A DNA stretch of 64,000 nucleotides from Desulfuromonadales bacterium (GCA_033549025.1 JAWSUS010000006.1:32001-96000); one strand, 5' to 3'; counted from the first letter of the stretch, positions 1 through 12,323 are shown. The notes: generated by a model not told the origin, from the sequence alone. Made by a program: numbers and translations.

Positions 1-849
<849 letters not shown>

Positions 850-899
850 TCATGGTCTTTTGGAATATCAGTTACTTATCAAAGCGCAGGCACTGGTGG

Positions 900-929
900 A
901 TGATATCGGATAGCTCCCATGCCCGTCAA
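900..929 (-). promoter_or_regulatory. Putative sigma70 promoter for gapA
   Basis: TTGACG-N18-TATCAT on the minus strand. Confidence 0.45.
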
Positions 930-1194
930 CCTTTTTGCCAGAGTCCGTTATTTGCAGGAAGCGGTTTGTTATATTGCCCTTTACTGACTGATATGATATT
1001 TAAGGCGGGCAATAAAAGAGGCTGGGCGCACGGACCCTGGAAAATTCCGACCCAAAAGCAAACTTCTCTCAATTTACATGGCTTTTTCCAAAAATCAACG
1101 CATGCGGCAGTCCTTGACGATCTCCTTATTGTCCCACAGGGAATTGCTCAGAGGTTGATGACTTATCTTTTCCCGGAATGGCTCTGATTTTTCT

Positions 1195-3246
1195 ATGAAA
1201 AACACCCTGGAAAAGCGAATCCTTTTATTTGCCTTTCTTGTTTTGACCCTGACCATTCTGGTAAATACGGGGTTCAACATTGAAGGATTCCGGCGTGACT
1301 ATCGGGACGGCATCGTCCTTCGCTGTCAGAACCTTGCCGGAGAGCTGAAGAGCTCTATCGAAAACGTGGTGGCCCTCGGTGTGCCCATGGAGGAACTTGA
1401 TGGCCTCAACGCGCGCTTTCAGGGAATAGTCACCACCGACCCCGACATTATTTACTGCTTTCTGGAAGATCAGGGCGGTCAGCCACTTTTTGCCAACGAC
1501 CCCTCCTTTCACTTTATCAGCGGGGTGGATTTTACCTCTTCTTCCAGCACCGGCGTTTCTGTCGTCACCTTTCCGCAATGGGGTAAAACCTACGATGTCT
1601 CCCTGCCCATCAACAGTATCGGCGGTGAGACTGTCGGAACCATCCGTCTTGGCTTCCCTGATGCCGTGCTTGATGAAAAACTCGCCGCGGTCTATCAGCG
1701 CTCCATGGTCGTTCTCGGGTTCGCTTTTCTCATCGTATTTGCCCTGATCGTCGTTTTCGTCCGACGCCACCTCATCGGCCCCATTGACCGTCTCTGCTCC
1801 GTCGCCAAGGAAATTGCCTCTGGTCATTTTCGGGTCGCTATCCCCACCATGCCGACCCGTGACTTTGCCGAGCTGGCCACGGCCCTCAAAGATATGTCTA
1901 CCTCTTTGCAGGAACGGGATGAAAAGCTTCAGGAGGGCTATCAGGAGCTGGAATCCACCAATCTGGAACTGCAGAAATCCTACGAATATCAGGAAAAAAT
2001 CGGCACGGAACTGCGTCGAAGTCGTGAGATGTACCGTTCACTGCTTGAGGATGCGAGCGACGCGATCATGGTAACCGACGACGAGGATCGCGTCGTCCTG
2101 GTCAACAAAGCTGCCGAGATCTTTTTCGGGGTCAAGAAGGAGCGGGTCGAAGGAGCCAATTTCTTTTCTGTTCTGGAAATGCTGCATTGCGACCAGCTCG
2201 AAACCCTTTATGACATGCATCAGAGGATTCTCGCCGGCGAGACTCTTGAAGCGCAGATTGACTACATTCGACTCGATGACCAGCGTCCTGTCGTTGGCTG
2301 GGTGCGTGGGTCCCATGTCGTCGGGATGGATGGGCGACACATGGTGCAGACTATTGTCCGGGATGTCACCAAAGAGAAGGAGATCAAGGATAATCTGGAA
2401 AAGAGCGCTTGGGAACTGCAGCGCCTCAATCAGATGAAGGATTCCTTTTTGGGGGTGGCTTCTCATGAACTGAAAACCCCCCTGACGGTGATCGTTGGGT
2501 ACGCCGACTTGATTTTGAACGAAAAGATCGCCACGTTGGATGGGACGGTGGCAGCGATGATTCAGAATATCGCCGATGCCGCCCAGCGCCTTAGCGGCAT
2601 TGTCAGGGATATGGTCGACGTCTCCATGCTGGACAGTAAAAATATCCACCTGAAGACAACGCCCCACAATCTGAACCAGCTTGTTCGCCAGGCAACCAAA
2701 CCTATACTGCGTTCTTTTGAGCAGAGGAATCAGACCCTGGTCATGAACCTGCAGGAGGCGTTGCCGGATATCTACTGCGACGGCGAGCGTATGGTGCAGG
2801 TGGTCGGTAATCTTGTGGGGAATGCGCTTAAGTTTACCCCGGACGGCGGCAAGGTCTATGTAGAAACCCGTTTTCTCAAGACCCTTCGACCCCCCTTTAC
2901 CATTACGGCCGCAACCAGCCCCGGACTCTGTCCTTTGACTTCTTCACCCATGCCCTATGTGGAAATCGTCGTCCGAGATACGGGGATCGGCATCGCCCAG
3001 GCTGACCAGAATTACATCTTCGACAAATTTTATGAGGCCGGAACCATTGAAGAACATTCCAGCGGCAAGGTGTCTTTCAATGGGAAAGGGGCCGGTCTTG
3101 GCCTGGCGATTGTCAAAGGAATCATCAATATGCACGGTGGAGAAATCTGGGTCGAGAGTGCCGGGCATGACCCCGAAAATTGTCCGGGGAGCTCCTTCCA
3201 TGTCCTCCTGCCGCAGTATGGCGGTGCCGACCTGGTGCTTTCCTGA
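1195..3246 (+). CDS. Membrane sensor histidine kinase (TM-periplasmic-TM-HAMP-PAS-HisKA-HATPase)
   Basis: Two TM segments, HAMP (GPIDRL..IASGHF..DFAELA), PAS, H-box SHELKTPL, N-box NLVGNALKFT, G1 DTGIGI, G2 GAGLGL. Confidence 0.93.
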   Translation: MKNTLEKRILLFAFLVLTLTILVNTGFNIEGFRRDYRDGIVLRCQNLAGELKSSIENVVALGVPMEELDGLNARFQGIVTTDPDIIYCFLEDQGGQPLFANDPSFHFISGVDFTSSSSTGVSVVTFPQWGKTYDVSLPINSIGGETVGTIRLGFPDAVLDEKLAAVYQRSMVVLGFAFLIVFALIVVFVRRHLIGPIDRLCSVAKEIASGHFRVAIPTMPTRDFAELATALKDMSTSLQERDEKLQEGYQELESTNLELQKSYEYQEKIGTELRRSREMYRSLLEDASDAIMVTDDEDRVVLVNKAAEIFFGVKKERVEGANFFSVLEMLHCDQLETLYDMHQRILAGETLEAQIDYIRLDDQRPVVGWVRGSHVVGMDGRHMVQTIVRDVTKEKEIKDNLEKSAWELQRLNQMKDSFLGVASHELKTPLTVIVGYADLILNEKIATLDGTVAAMIQNIADAAQRLSGIVRDMVDVSMLDSKNIHLKTTPHNLNQLVRQATKPILRSFEQRNQTLVMNLQEALPDIYCDGERMVQVVGNLVGNALKFTPDGGKVYVETRFLKTLRPPFTITAATSPGLCPLTSSPMPYVEIVVRDTGIGIAQADQNYIFDKFYEAGTIEEHSSGKVSFNGKGAGLGLAIVKGIINMHGGEIWVESAGHDPENCPGSSFHVLLPQYGGADLVLS

Positions 3247-3274
3247 GATGAGGGGTTTTTGACCCCCTTTTCCC

Positions 3275-3303
3275 TTGCAGCGCGCGGATAATTTCGGTAT
3301 ATA
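3275..3303 (+). promoter_or_regulatory. Putative sigma70 promoter for the MBL-fold gene
   Basis: TTGCAG-N17-TATATA, just after a weak GGGGT/ACCCC hairpin with a T-run (3252-3271). Confidence 0.4.
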
Positions 3304-3337
3304 GACTGCGCTTTCATCAGGCTTCGGGAGGTTTTTT

Positions 3338-4108
3338 TTGCGGGTATGTCTTCTCGCCAGCGGCAGCAAGGGCAACGCCATCTATGTGGAAAGCCGGCGC
3401 AGCCGCATTCTGATCGACGCCGGACTTTCTGCCAGAGAAATTCGCAAAAGACTTGCGGTTATTGGCGTCCATGCGGAGGACCTTGACGCCATTTTCGTGA
3501 CGCACGAACATAGTGACCATATCCGTGGTCTGGGGCCTCTGGCCCGGATGTGTCAGCTACCGGTCTACCTACACCACCAGACGCGTGCGGCCTTAAGCGA
3601 TATCGGGAGCTTGCCGATTGTCGAAGAGTTCGATGCCGGTGAAAATCTTGCATGGCGTGATCTGGCGATCCACAGCTTTCCTGTTACCCACGACTCGGTG
3701 GCTCCCGTAGGCTTTGTTATTGAAACGGACGAGGGAAAAGTCGGGGTCGCCACCGATCTCGGTATTGCCACCCGTCTGGTTTCGGATCGCCTTAAAAATT
3801 GCCGGGTCCTGATTCTGGAATCCAATCATGATGAGGATATGCTGCGGGATGGTCCCTATCCCTGGCCGCTCAAGCAGCGGGTACGCAGCAACCACGGGCA
3901 CCTGTCCAACAACGCGGCGGCTCACCTTCTGGAAAGCGTACTCTGGGAGGGGCTTGATGCCGTGTTTTTGGCCCATCTTAGTGAAACCAACAACCACCCC
4001 CAACTCGCCGAGAGGTGTGCCAGAGAGATCCTGGAAAGTCAGGACAGGTGCCGTCCTCATCTGGTTGTGGGAGCGCAGCACGAGACCAGTTTCTGCTACC
4101 AGGTCTGA
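3338..4108 (+). CDS. MBL-fold metallo-hydrolase, YycJ/WalJ family
   Basis: LASGSKGN, THEHSDH, HD, ESNHD, GHLSN, AHLSETNN motifs; TTG start after GGGAGG. Confidence 0.9.
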   Translation: MRVCLLASGSKGNAIYVESRRSRILIDAGLSAREIRKRLAVIGVHAEDLDAIFVTHEHSDHIRGLGPLARMCQLPVYLHHQTRAALSDIGSLPIVEEFDAGENLAWRDLAIHSFPVTHDSVAPVGFVIETDEGKVGVATDLGIATRLVSDRLKNCRVLILESNHDEDMLRDGPYPWPLKQRVRSNHGHLSNNAAAHLLESVLWEGLDAVFLAHLSETNNHPQLAERCAREILESQDRCRPHLVVGAQHETSFCYQV

Positions 4109-4193
4109 GTTGGGCTGCACGACAAGAATCGCCTTGATAGATCCGTTGCGCATCAGGGTGTATCAAAGAATGGATATTTGCTGAGGAGAAATT

Positions 4194-7175
4194 ATGGCCT
4201 GGAGAATTACGGTCGGTTTACAGGACGGTGTCAAAGATGCCCGTGGCGAAAGAATCCGACGTGAACTTAAAGAACATCTGGGAGTTGAACTCGACAGCGT
4301 CCGCACGGTGGATGTATACACCGTCGATGCCGAGCTGACCGACGCCGAGATCACGGCCGCTGCCGGCGGCCCCCTGTCCGACCCCGTTATCCAGGAGTAT
4401 GCCGTCAACCGGCCCGTGGCCCACGACTTTGACATCCTGATTGAAGTCGGTTTTCGCCCCGGAGTTACGGACAATGTCGGGCGTACCGCCAAGGAAGCCA
4501 TCCAGTATATTACGGGACGCCCCTTCCGTGGCGGCGAGGGGGTTTACACCTCGACCCAATACCTGCTGTGTGGTCAGATCGACAAAGCACTGGCCGAACG
4601 GGTCGCTGCTGAATTCCTGGCCAATGGTCTTATCCAGCGGTGGACCATCGTGTCATCCGCCGAATTCGATCGGGACAAGGGGATTGCGCCTTACGTCCCC
4701 AAGGTCGTCAGCGATGCCCGGGTGGAGGTCCGACAGATAAACCTCGATGTGTCCGATGAACAGCTGATGCAGATCAGCCGTGACGGCATGCTCGCCCTGA
4801 ATCTGGAAGAGATGAAAACGCTGCAGGCTTATGCGGCCTCGCCTGAAATCAAGGCGCGTCGAAAGGATGCCGGGCTGAGTGAATTGCTGACGGACGTCGA
4901 GCTCGAAGCGTTGGCGCAGACCTGGAGTGAGCACTGCAAGCACAAGATCTTTTCCGCCCGTATCGACTATGAAGACGAAAAGGGACAGCGGGAAAGCATC
5001 AATTCCCTGTTCAAGACGTTCATTGTCGGGGCGACCCGGGACATACGAGCCCAAAAAGGGGCGGGGGATTTTTGCCTGTCCGTCTTTAAGGATAACGCCG
5101 GTGTAATCCGATTCAATCAGGACTGGAGCCTCGTATTCAAGGTCGAAACACACAACTCGCCGAGTGCCCTGGACCCCTACGGCGGCGCCCTCACGGGGAT
5201 TGTAGGTGTCAACCGCGATCCTTTCGGTACCGGTATGGGGGCCCGCCTGATCTTCAATACCGATGTCTTCTGCTTTGCCTCCCCTTTCTACGACAAGCCG
5301 CTGCCCCCCCGGTTGCTGCATCCCCGCCGCATTTTCGAGGGGGTCGTTGAAGGGGTGGAACACGGCGGTAACAAGAGCGGGGTGCCGACGGTCAATGGCT
5401 CCATCGTCTTTGATGAACGGTTTGCCGGCAAGCCCCTGGTTTACTGCGGCACGGCCGCCATGATGCCGGCCCAGGTGAACGGTCAACCCGGCCACGAGAA
5501 AAAAGCGCAGGTGGGTGATCATATTGTTATGTGCGGCGGCCGCATCGGCAAGGACGGGATTCACGGCGCCACGTTCTCCTCCGAGGAATTGCACGAAGGC
5601 TCTCCCGTTACTGCCGTGCAGATCGGCGATCCCATCACCCAGAAGAAGATGTTCGACTTCCTGCTGATTGTCAGGGACCGGGGGCTTTACCATGCCATTA
5701 CCGATAACGGCGCTGGCGGTCTGTCTTCTTCCGTCGGCGAGATGTCGGAGGATACCGGCGGCTTCGAGCTTCATCTGGACCGCGCTCCTCTGAAATATCC
5801 CGGCCTGCAGCCCTGGGAAATCCTCATTTCCGAGGCTCAGGAACGCATGACGCTGGCCGTACCACCTGAGCATCTCGAAGAATTTATCGCGCTGGCCCGG
5901 GAGATGGATGTTGAGGCGACGGATCTGGGCCGCTTTACCGATTCCGGTTACTTTCACTGCCTTTACGAAGGGAAAACGGTGGCCTACCTTGATATACATT
6001 TTCTGCATGAAGGGGTGCCTCAGCTCGTCATTCCCGCGCGCTGGGAAATCAAATCCCGTCCGGAGCCGGCCTTGGCCGAAAATCCCAACCTGGCTGATTT
6101 GCTCGCCAAGTTGCTTGGCCGCCTGAATATCTGCTCGAAAGAATCGGTGGTACGGCGCTATGACCACGAAGTTCAGGCCGGCACGGTCATCAAACCGCTG
6201 CTGGGCGTGGCGAACGACGGTCCTTCGGATGCCGCTGTGGTCAGACCGCTGTTCGATTCTTTCGAGGGGGTGGTCGTGGCCCATGGTATCTGCCCGAGTT
6301 ACAGCGACATCGACACCTATCATATGATGGCCTGTGCCATCGACGAGGGTTTGCGAAACTATGTTGCCGTCGGCGGCGATATCGATCATGTGGCCGGGCT
6401 GGACAACTTCTGCTGGTGTGACCCGGTCAAGAGCGAGAAGACGCCCGATGGCGAATACAAGGCGGCCCAACTTGTGCGGGCCAACAAAGCTCTTTATGAC
6501 TATTGTGTCGCCTTTGGGGTCCCGCTGATCTCGGGCAAGGATTCCATGAAAAACGATTACCAGGTCGGGGATACCAAAATATCGATTCCGCCGACCGTCC
6601 TCTTTTCGGTGATCGGCAAAATCGATGATGTGCGCCAGGCCGTCTCCATGGATGTCAAGCGGGCCGGCGATCTGGTCTATCTCCTCGGTACAACCCGCAA
6701 TGAACTGGGTGGGTCGGAATATTATGCCCAGTTGGGGGCCATCGGTCAGACCGTTCCCCAGGTTGATGCCGAGGTGGCGCTACAGAGATACCGCAGCCTG
6801 AACCGGGCCCAGAAGGCCGGCCTGGTTGCCTCCTGTCACGATTTGTCCGACGGGGGGCTTGGTGTCGCGCTGGCGGAAAAAGCCTTCGCCGGCGGCTTCG
6901 GTATCCGGGCCGACCTTCGCCAGGTGCCGGCCGAAGAGTGCGGACGGGATGATATCCTGCTCTTCTCCGAGTCTCAGAGCCGCTTGCTGGTGACGGTCAG
7001 ACCGGCCGACAAGGATCGATTTGAAGAAATTTTCGCCGGTCAGGGCTTTGCCCTCATCGGTGAGGTGATTGAAAACCCTGTGCTGGAAATCACCGGCTGC
7101 GGTGGGCAGATGGTTCTCCAGGCCGATATTCAGGCACTGAAAGCGTCCTGGCAGGCGCCCCTCAAGGAGCTTTAA
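4194..7175 (+). CDS. purL: FGAM synthase synthetase subunit with fused N-terminal PurS-like domains (PurSL)
   Basis: WSEHCKHK, KVETHNSPS, DNGAGGLSS, SEAQERM, SGKDSM, HDLSDGG; no glutaminase domain. Confidence 0.96.
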   Translation: MAWRITVGLQDGVKDARGERIRRELKEHLGVELDSVRTVDVYTVDAELTDAEITAAAGGPLSDPVIQEYAVNRPVAHDFDILIEVGFRPGVTDNVGRTAKEAIQYITGRPFRGGEGVYTSTQYLLCGQIDKALAERVAAEFLANGLIQRWTIVSSAEFDRDKGIAPYVPKVVSDARVEVRQINLDVSDEQLMQISRDGMLALNLEEMKTLQAYAASPEIKARRKDAGLSELLTDVELEALAQTWSEHCKHKIFSARIDYEDEKGQRESINSLFKTFIVGATRDIRAQKGAGDFCLSVFKDNAGVIRFNQDWSLVFKVETHNSPSALDPYGGALTGIVGVNRDPFGTGMGARLIFNTDVFCFASPFYDKPLPPRLLHPRRIFEGVVEGVEHGGNKSGVPTVNGSIVFDERFAGKPLVYCGTAAMMPAQVNGQPGHEKKAQVGDHIVMCGGRIGKDGIHGATFSSEELHEGSPVTAVQIGDPITQKKMFDFLLIVRDRGLYHAITDNGAGGLSSSVGEMSEDTGGFELHLDRAPLKYPGLQPWEILISEAQERMTLAVPPEHLEEFIALAREMDVEATDLGRFTDSGYFHCLYEGKTVAYLDIHFLHEGVPQLVIPARWEIKSRPEPALAENPNLADLLAKLLGRLNICSKESVVRRYDHEVQAGTVIKPLLGVANDGPSDAAVVRPLFDSFEGVVVAHGICPSYSDIDTYHMMACAIDEGLRNYVAVGGDIDHVAGLDNFCWCDPVKSEKTPDGEYKAAQLVRANKALYDYCVAFGVPLISGKDSMKNDYQVGDTKISIPPTVLFSVIGKIDDVRQAVSMDVKRAGDLVYLLGTTRNELGGSEYYAQLGAIGQTVPQVDAEVALQRYRSLNRAQKAGLVASCHDLSDGGLGVALAEKAFAGGFGIRADLRQVPAEECGRDDILLFSESQSRLLVTVRPADKDRFEEIFAGQGFALIGEVIENPVLEITGCGGQMVLQADIQALKASWQAPLKEL

Positions 7176-7177
7176 TC

Positions 7178-8011
7178 ATGGCGAAAGAAGTCAGAGCCAT
7201 AGTGATTGCCGGCAACGGCACCAATTGCGAACGGGAAGTCGCTCACGCCTGCCGGCTGGCGGGGGCCGATGTCTGTGATATTGTCCACATCGCCGAACTT
7301 TTGGCCGGACGGGTCAGCCTCGACGATTACCACTTCCTCAACCTGGCCGGCGGGTTTCTCGACGGCGACGATCTCGGCAGCGCCAAGGCGGGTGCCAACC
7401 GCCTGCTTCAGGCGGCGGTCCGCGGCAGCGAGGAGCATCTGGTTGACCAGATTCAGCGCTTTGTCAAGGCCGGCAAACTGGTTATGGGCGTTTGCAACGG
7501 GTTTCAGTTGATGGTTAAAATGGGGCTGTTACCGGCCCTGGGCGGCGACTATCAGAAGCAGTCGGTCACCCTGACCTTTAACGATGGCGGCCGCTTCGAA
7601 GATCGCTGGACCTATCTCAAGGTTGACGAGGCGTCTCCCTGTGTTTTTACACGCGGTCTGCAGGGGATCTATCTGCCCGTGCGCCATGGTGAAGGCAAAC
7701 TGGTCGCTTCTTCACAGGCGGTCCTTGATGCTATTGAAGGCCAACACCTGGCGGTGCTAAAATACTGCAAAGAGGATTACCGGGACGCGACCATGGAGTA
7801 CCCCTGGAATCCCAATGGTTCGTCCCAGGCGATTGCCGGGCTCTGTGACGAGAGCGGCCGGCTTTTCGGGCTGATGCCCCATCCGGAGGCTTACGTGCAC
7901 CGCACACATCATCCCCGCTGGACCCGCGAGGAGGAACTGCCGGAGGAAGGGATGGGGCTGTGGCTCTACCAGAACGCCATCCGGTTCATCCGGGAGGAAT
8001 TGCTGGCTTAG
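7178..8011 (+). CDS. purQ: FGAM synthase glutaminase subunit
   Basis: GTNCERE, GVCNGFQ (catalytic Cys), HGEG, GLMPHPE. Confidence 0.96.
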   Translation: MAKEVRAIVIAGNGTNCEREVAHACRLAGADVCDIVHIAELLAGRVSLDDYHFLNLAGGFLDGDDLGSAKAGANRLLQAAVRGSEEHLVDQIQRFVKAGKLVMGVCNGFQLMVKMGLLPALGGDYQKQSVTLTFNDGGRFEDRWTYLKVDEASPCVFTRGLQGIYLPVRHGEGKLVASSQAVLDAIEGQHLAVLKYCKEDYRDATMEYPWNPNGSSQAIAGLCDESGRLFGLMPHPEAYVHRTHHPRWTREEELPEEGMGLWLYQNAIRFIREELLA

Positions 8012-8126
8012 GCGGTTATTTAAGAAAGATGCCCCTGGCCTCGGCCCGAGACCAAGGATGTCTTGACGACGGGAAGTCCGGATTCCTTGGGGATTTTTCC
8101 AGGAACCAACGAGAAGGAGTGCTCAC

Positions 8127-9536
<1,410 letters not shown>

Positions 9537-9619
9537 ACAGACGGTTGAGTTAAGGCTGGCGGGAGCTCATGACTTTTCCCGTTCGTCTCTGGATTAATGA
9601 TTATTGACAGGAGGATGAT

Positions 9620-10177
9620 GTGACCCAGTCGGAGAGAAATGAATTGATGCAGATTGTTCGGGAGCTTTCCTATGAGGAAAGGGAAGTGACCCTGGCTTCC
9701 GGACGAAAGAGTAACTTTTATTTTGACGGCAAACAGACGACCCTGCACGCCAAGGGCGGCTTGCTGGTCGGCAAGGCCTTCTACGAAGAGGTCAAACAGT
9801 TTGAAGGTCGCATTGATGGGGTCGGGGGGCTCACTCTCGGTGCCGATCCTATCGCCACCGCAACTTCCATCGCCGCGTCACTGGCTGGTGAGAATATCCA
9901 CGCCTTTATTATTAGAAAAGAGCCTAAAGGGCACGGGACGGGCCAATGGCTGGAAGGTCGAAAAAACCTGCCTAAAGGTTCTCGTGTCGTTATCGTCGAA
10001 GACGTCACCACGACGGGTGGCTCTTCCATGAAGGCTGTTGAGCGGGCCCGGGAGGAGGGACTGGAGGTCGTCGGTATCGTGACCCTGGTGGATCGAGAAG
10101 AAGGGGCCCGGGATAATATTGAAAAGGAAGGGATCATCTTGCGGTCGGTCTTTACCCGCAGCCAGGTGGTCGGCTGA
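9620..10177 (+). CDS. pyrE: Orotate phosphoribosyltransferase
   Basis: LASGRKSNFYFDGK, RKEPKGHG, IVEDVTTTGGS; GTG start after AGGAGG. Confidence 0.95.
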   Translation: MTQSERNELMQIVRELSYEEREVTLASGRKSNFYFDGKQTTLHAKGGLLVGKAFYEEVKQFEGRIDGVGGLTLGADPIATATSIAASLAGENIHAFIIRKEPKGHGTGQWLEGRKNLPKGSRVVIVEDVTTTGGSSMKAVERAREEGLEVVGIVTLVDREEGARDNIEKEGIILRSVFTRSQVVG

Positions 10178-10210
10178 TTTCTTCTGGGCCTCTTTACGTG
10201 GTTCCGAATC

Positions 10211-10247
10211 CAGCCCGTCCTCTTCGCAGGGGACGGGCTGTGTTTTT
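10211..10247 (+). terminator. Intrinsic terminator after pyrE
   Basis: CAGCCCGTCCTCT-TCGC-AGGGGACGGGCTG followed by TGTTTTT, between convergent genes. Confidence 0.75.
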
Positions 10248-10269
10248 ATGGCGCCGACCTTCGTAAAAG

Positions 10270-11271
10270 TCAGTGGGTCCACAGAGGGGTTTCGGGTGCT
10301 GCTCCTCCCGACGGCGGACCTAATCCCGGCTGATTGATGCGGGCCAGAAATATTCTGACCAGGTCGGGGTCGAGAAAGGTCCCCGCCATGGATGCAATGA
10401 TGTCCATGGCTTCGTTCAGACTGTAGACCTGCTCCCGATATGGTCGACGGGTGGTGATGGCGTCGTAGACATCGGCAACAGTCACGATGCGTGCCTCCAG
10501 AGGGATGTCATCACCCTTGAGGCCAGAGGGATAGCCGAGACCATCATAGCGTTCATGGTGGTGAAGGATCGTGTTGATGACGCCGGCCTGCAGGTTGGCC
10601 TGTCTGGCCACTTCCGCACCCCAGGTAGGGTGCATTTTGAGGACTTCGAAGTCGGGGTGATCCAATTCGCCCTTGAAGTTCAGGATGTTTTCGGGAACCC
10701 CGATTTTGCCGCAGTCGTGAAGCCAGCTGCCGTGACGGATATGCATGAGCTGGTCTGGAGTCAGGTGCAGCGCCTTGCCGATCAGCAGGGCAAAGCCGGC
10801 GACGCGGTCGCAATGGCCTTTGGTATAGGGGTCTTTCAGCTCAATGGCTTGTCCGAGGGATCGAAGGGTCGCCTCGTCGGCTTCTTTAAGAGCCAATACG
10901 ACCTCGTGGCGGTAAAGGGCGTCTTTCATCGTCTGTCGCAGCGTTTCCGGTTCCCAGGGGCGAACAATAAGCCGAAAAATCTCGCCGCTGTTGAGGGCGG
11001 GCACCGATCGGGTCAGGTCGTTACTGTGGACGAGGAGGATTTTGACGGCATAGGGCGCGACGCTTTTCAGGCGCATCAGGGCTGAGGGGATATCGGGGGG
11101 AGGAATCACATCCCCGAGAACGATGGTGACTACCATTTCCCGATGCAGGACCTCCAAGGCTTGCTTCAGGCTTTCCGCCCTTCGTAGACGGATATCTTCA
11201 TCGGCAAAAAGAGGGGAGAGTGCCTCGGTTATTTTTACATCCTGGTCCAGAATCAAAATGACAGGGATCAT
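10270..11271 (-). CDS. HD-GYP cyclic-dinucleotide phosphodiesterase with degenerate receiver domain
   Basis: KDPYTKGH, LHDCGKIG, HP, HHERYDGLGYP, ADVYDA; likely start MIPVILILD at 11271. Confidence 0.9.
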   Translation of the reverse strand: MIPVILILDQDVKITEALSPLFADEDIRLRRAESLKQALEVLHREMVVTIVLGDVIPPPDIPSALMRLKSVAPYAVKILLVHSNDLTRSVPALNSGEIFRLIVRPWEPETLRQTMKDALYRHEVVLALKEADEATLRSLGQAIELKDPYTKGHCDRVAGFALLIGKALHLTPDQLMHIRHGSWLHDCGKIGVPENILNFKGELDHPDFEVLKMHPTWGAEVARQANLQAGVINTILHHHERYDGLGYPSGLKGDDIPLEARIVTVADVYDAITTRRPYREQVYSLNEAMDIIASMAGTFLDPDLVRIFLARINQPGLGPPSGGAAPETPLWTH

Positions 11272-11462
11272 AAGATTTCTTTCCGTCAGCAGAGAGGATG
11301 GATGATTTTTTATGGGTCGCTGAGCTCTTCGCTCTATTATAAGGCAGAAACAGCGACAGTAAACCATCTCCACCACATAAGAGGCAAGAACGGCCCGGCG
11401 GGTCGGTGAATCGGGATAAAGTTTTTCGATTTGCCTGCCATTCGAGGTCCATTTGACCTTCC

Positions 11463-11491
11463 TTGACAAGGTATTGGCGTTTGATTACTCT
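11463..11491 (+). promoter_or_regulatory. Sigma70 promoter for kdsB
   Basis: TTGACA-N17-TACTCT. Confidence 0.6.
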
Positions 11492-11528
11492 GTGCCCGAC
11501 TCTACGTTCGCGAAAGGACTTATCCCCT

Positions 11529-12278
11529 ATGGTTGTTACGGCGATTATCCCGGCCCGATTCGCTTCAACGCGTTTTCCCGGAAAACCTTTGGCAGACCTT
11601 ATGGGAAAGCCGATGATCCAGTGGGTTTACGAACGGACCATGCAGGCTGAAGTCGTTAACAGGGTCATTGTCGCTACCGACGACCGCCGCATATATGACG
11701 CGGTTCAGGCGTTCGGCGGTGAAGCTGCCATGACCCGCAGCGATCATCCCACGGGTACGGACCGTCTCGCCGAGGTTGCCTCTTCATTGAAGTGCGACCT
11801 CATCGTCAATGTGCAGGGAGACGAACCGCTCATCGAGCCAGCTATGATCGAAGCGGCCGTCAGGCCTCTTTTAAACGATCCCGCCATTGCCATGGGGACA
11901 CTGAAGACTCCCATACGGGATTCGCGGGAATGTTTAAGTTCCCATGTCGTGAAAGTGGTGACGGATCAGAACGACTTTGCGCTTTATTTCTCCCGATCGC
12001 TTATTCCTTTTCCTCGGGATTTTTATGACGAAATTGAGGCGAATCCCCTGAAGGTGGGAGCCTTTAAGCATATCGGGCTGTACGTTTACCGCCGGGATTT
12101 TCTGATAGACTATCCTCGTCTGGCTGTGACGCCGCTTGAGCGAACCGAAAGTCTCGAGCAATTGCGTGCTCTGGAACACGGGTACCGCATCAAAGTCGTG
12201 ACCACGGATTTGATTTCTCACGGCGTCGATACCCCGGAAGACCTGGATCGCGTTCGGGGGTTGCTGCAATCGTCTTGA
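11529..12278 (+). CDS. kdsB: 3-deoxy-manno-octulosonate cytidylyltransferase
   Basis: IIPARFASTRFPGKPL, NVQGDEP, ESLEQLRALE; start at MVVTAIIP. Confidence 0.96.
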   Translation: MVVTAIIPARFASTRFPGKPLADLMGKPMIQWVYERTMQAEVVNRVIVATDDRRIYDAVQAFGGEAAMTRSDHPTGTDRLAEVASSLKCDLIVNVQGDEPLIEPAMIEAAVRPLLNDPAIAMGTLKTPIRDSRECLSSHVVKVVTDQNDFALYFSRSLIPFPRDFYDEIEANPLKVGAFKHIGLYVYRRDFLIDYPRLAVTPLERTESLEQLRALEHGYRIKVVTTDLISHGVDTPEDLDRVRGLLQSS

Positions 12279-12323
12279 CCGTACGCGAGGATTTGGGTTT
12301 CCTTTTTAACCCCATGCGTGTAA

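Noticed and set aside
8052..8090. CCAAGGA...TCCTTGG inverted repeat between purQ and purF
   Set aside because: Only 7 bp with a 25-nt gap and no match to a purine or ZTP riboswitch that I can support.
11340..11430. Possible c-di-GMP/cGAMP (GEMM) riboswitch near the HD-GYP gene (contains TAAACCATC)
   Set aside because: No GNRA-capped first stem or GGAAAG/GCAAAG second-stem pattern follows, and it is on the opposite strand to the HD-GYP gene.
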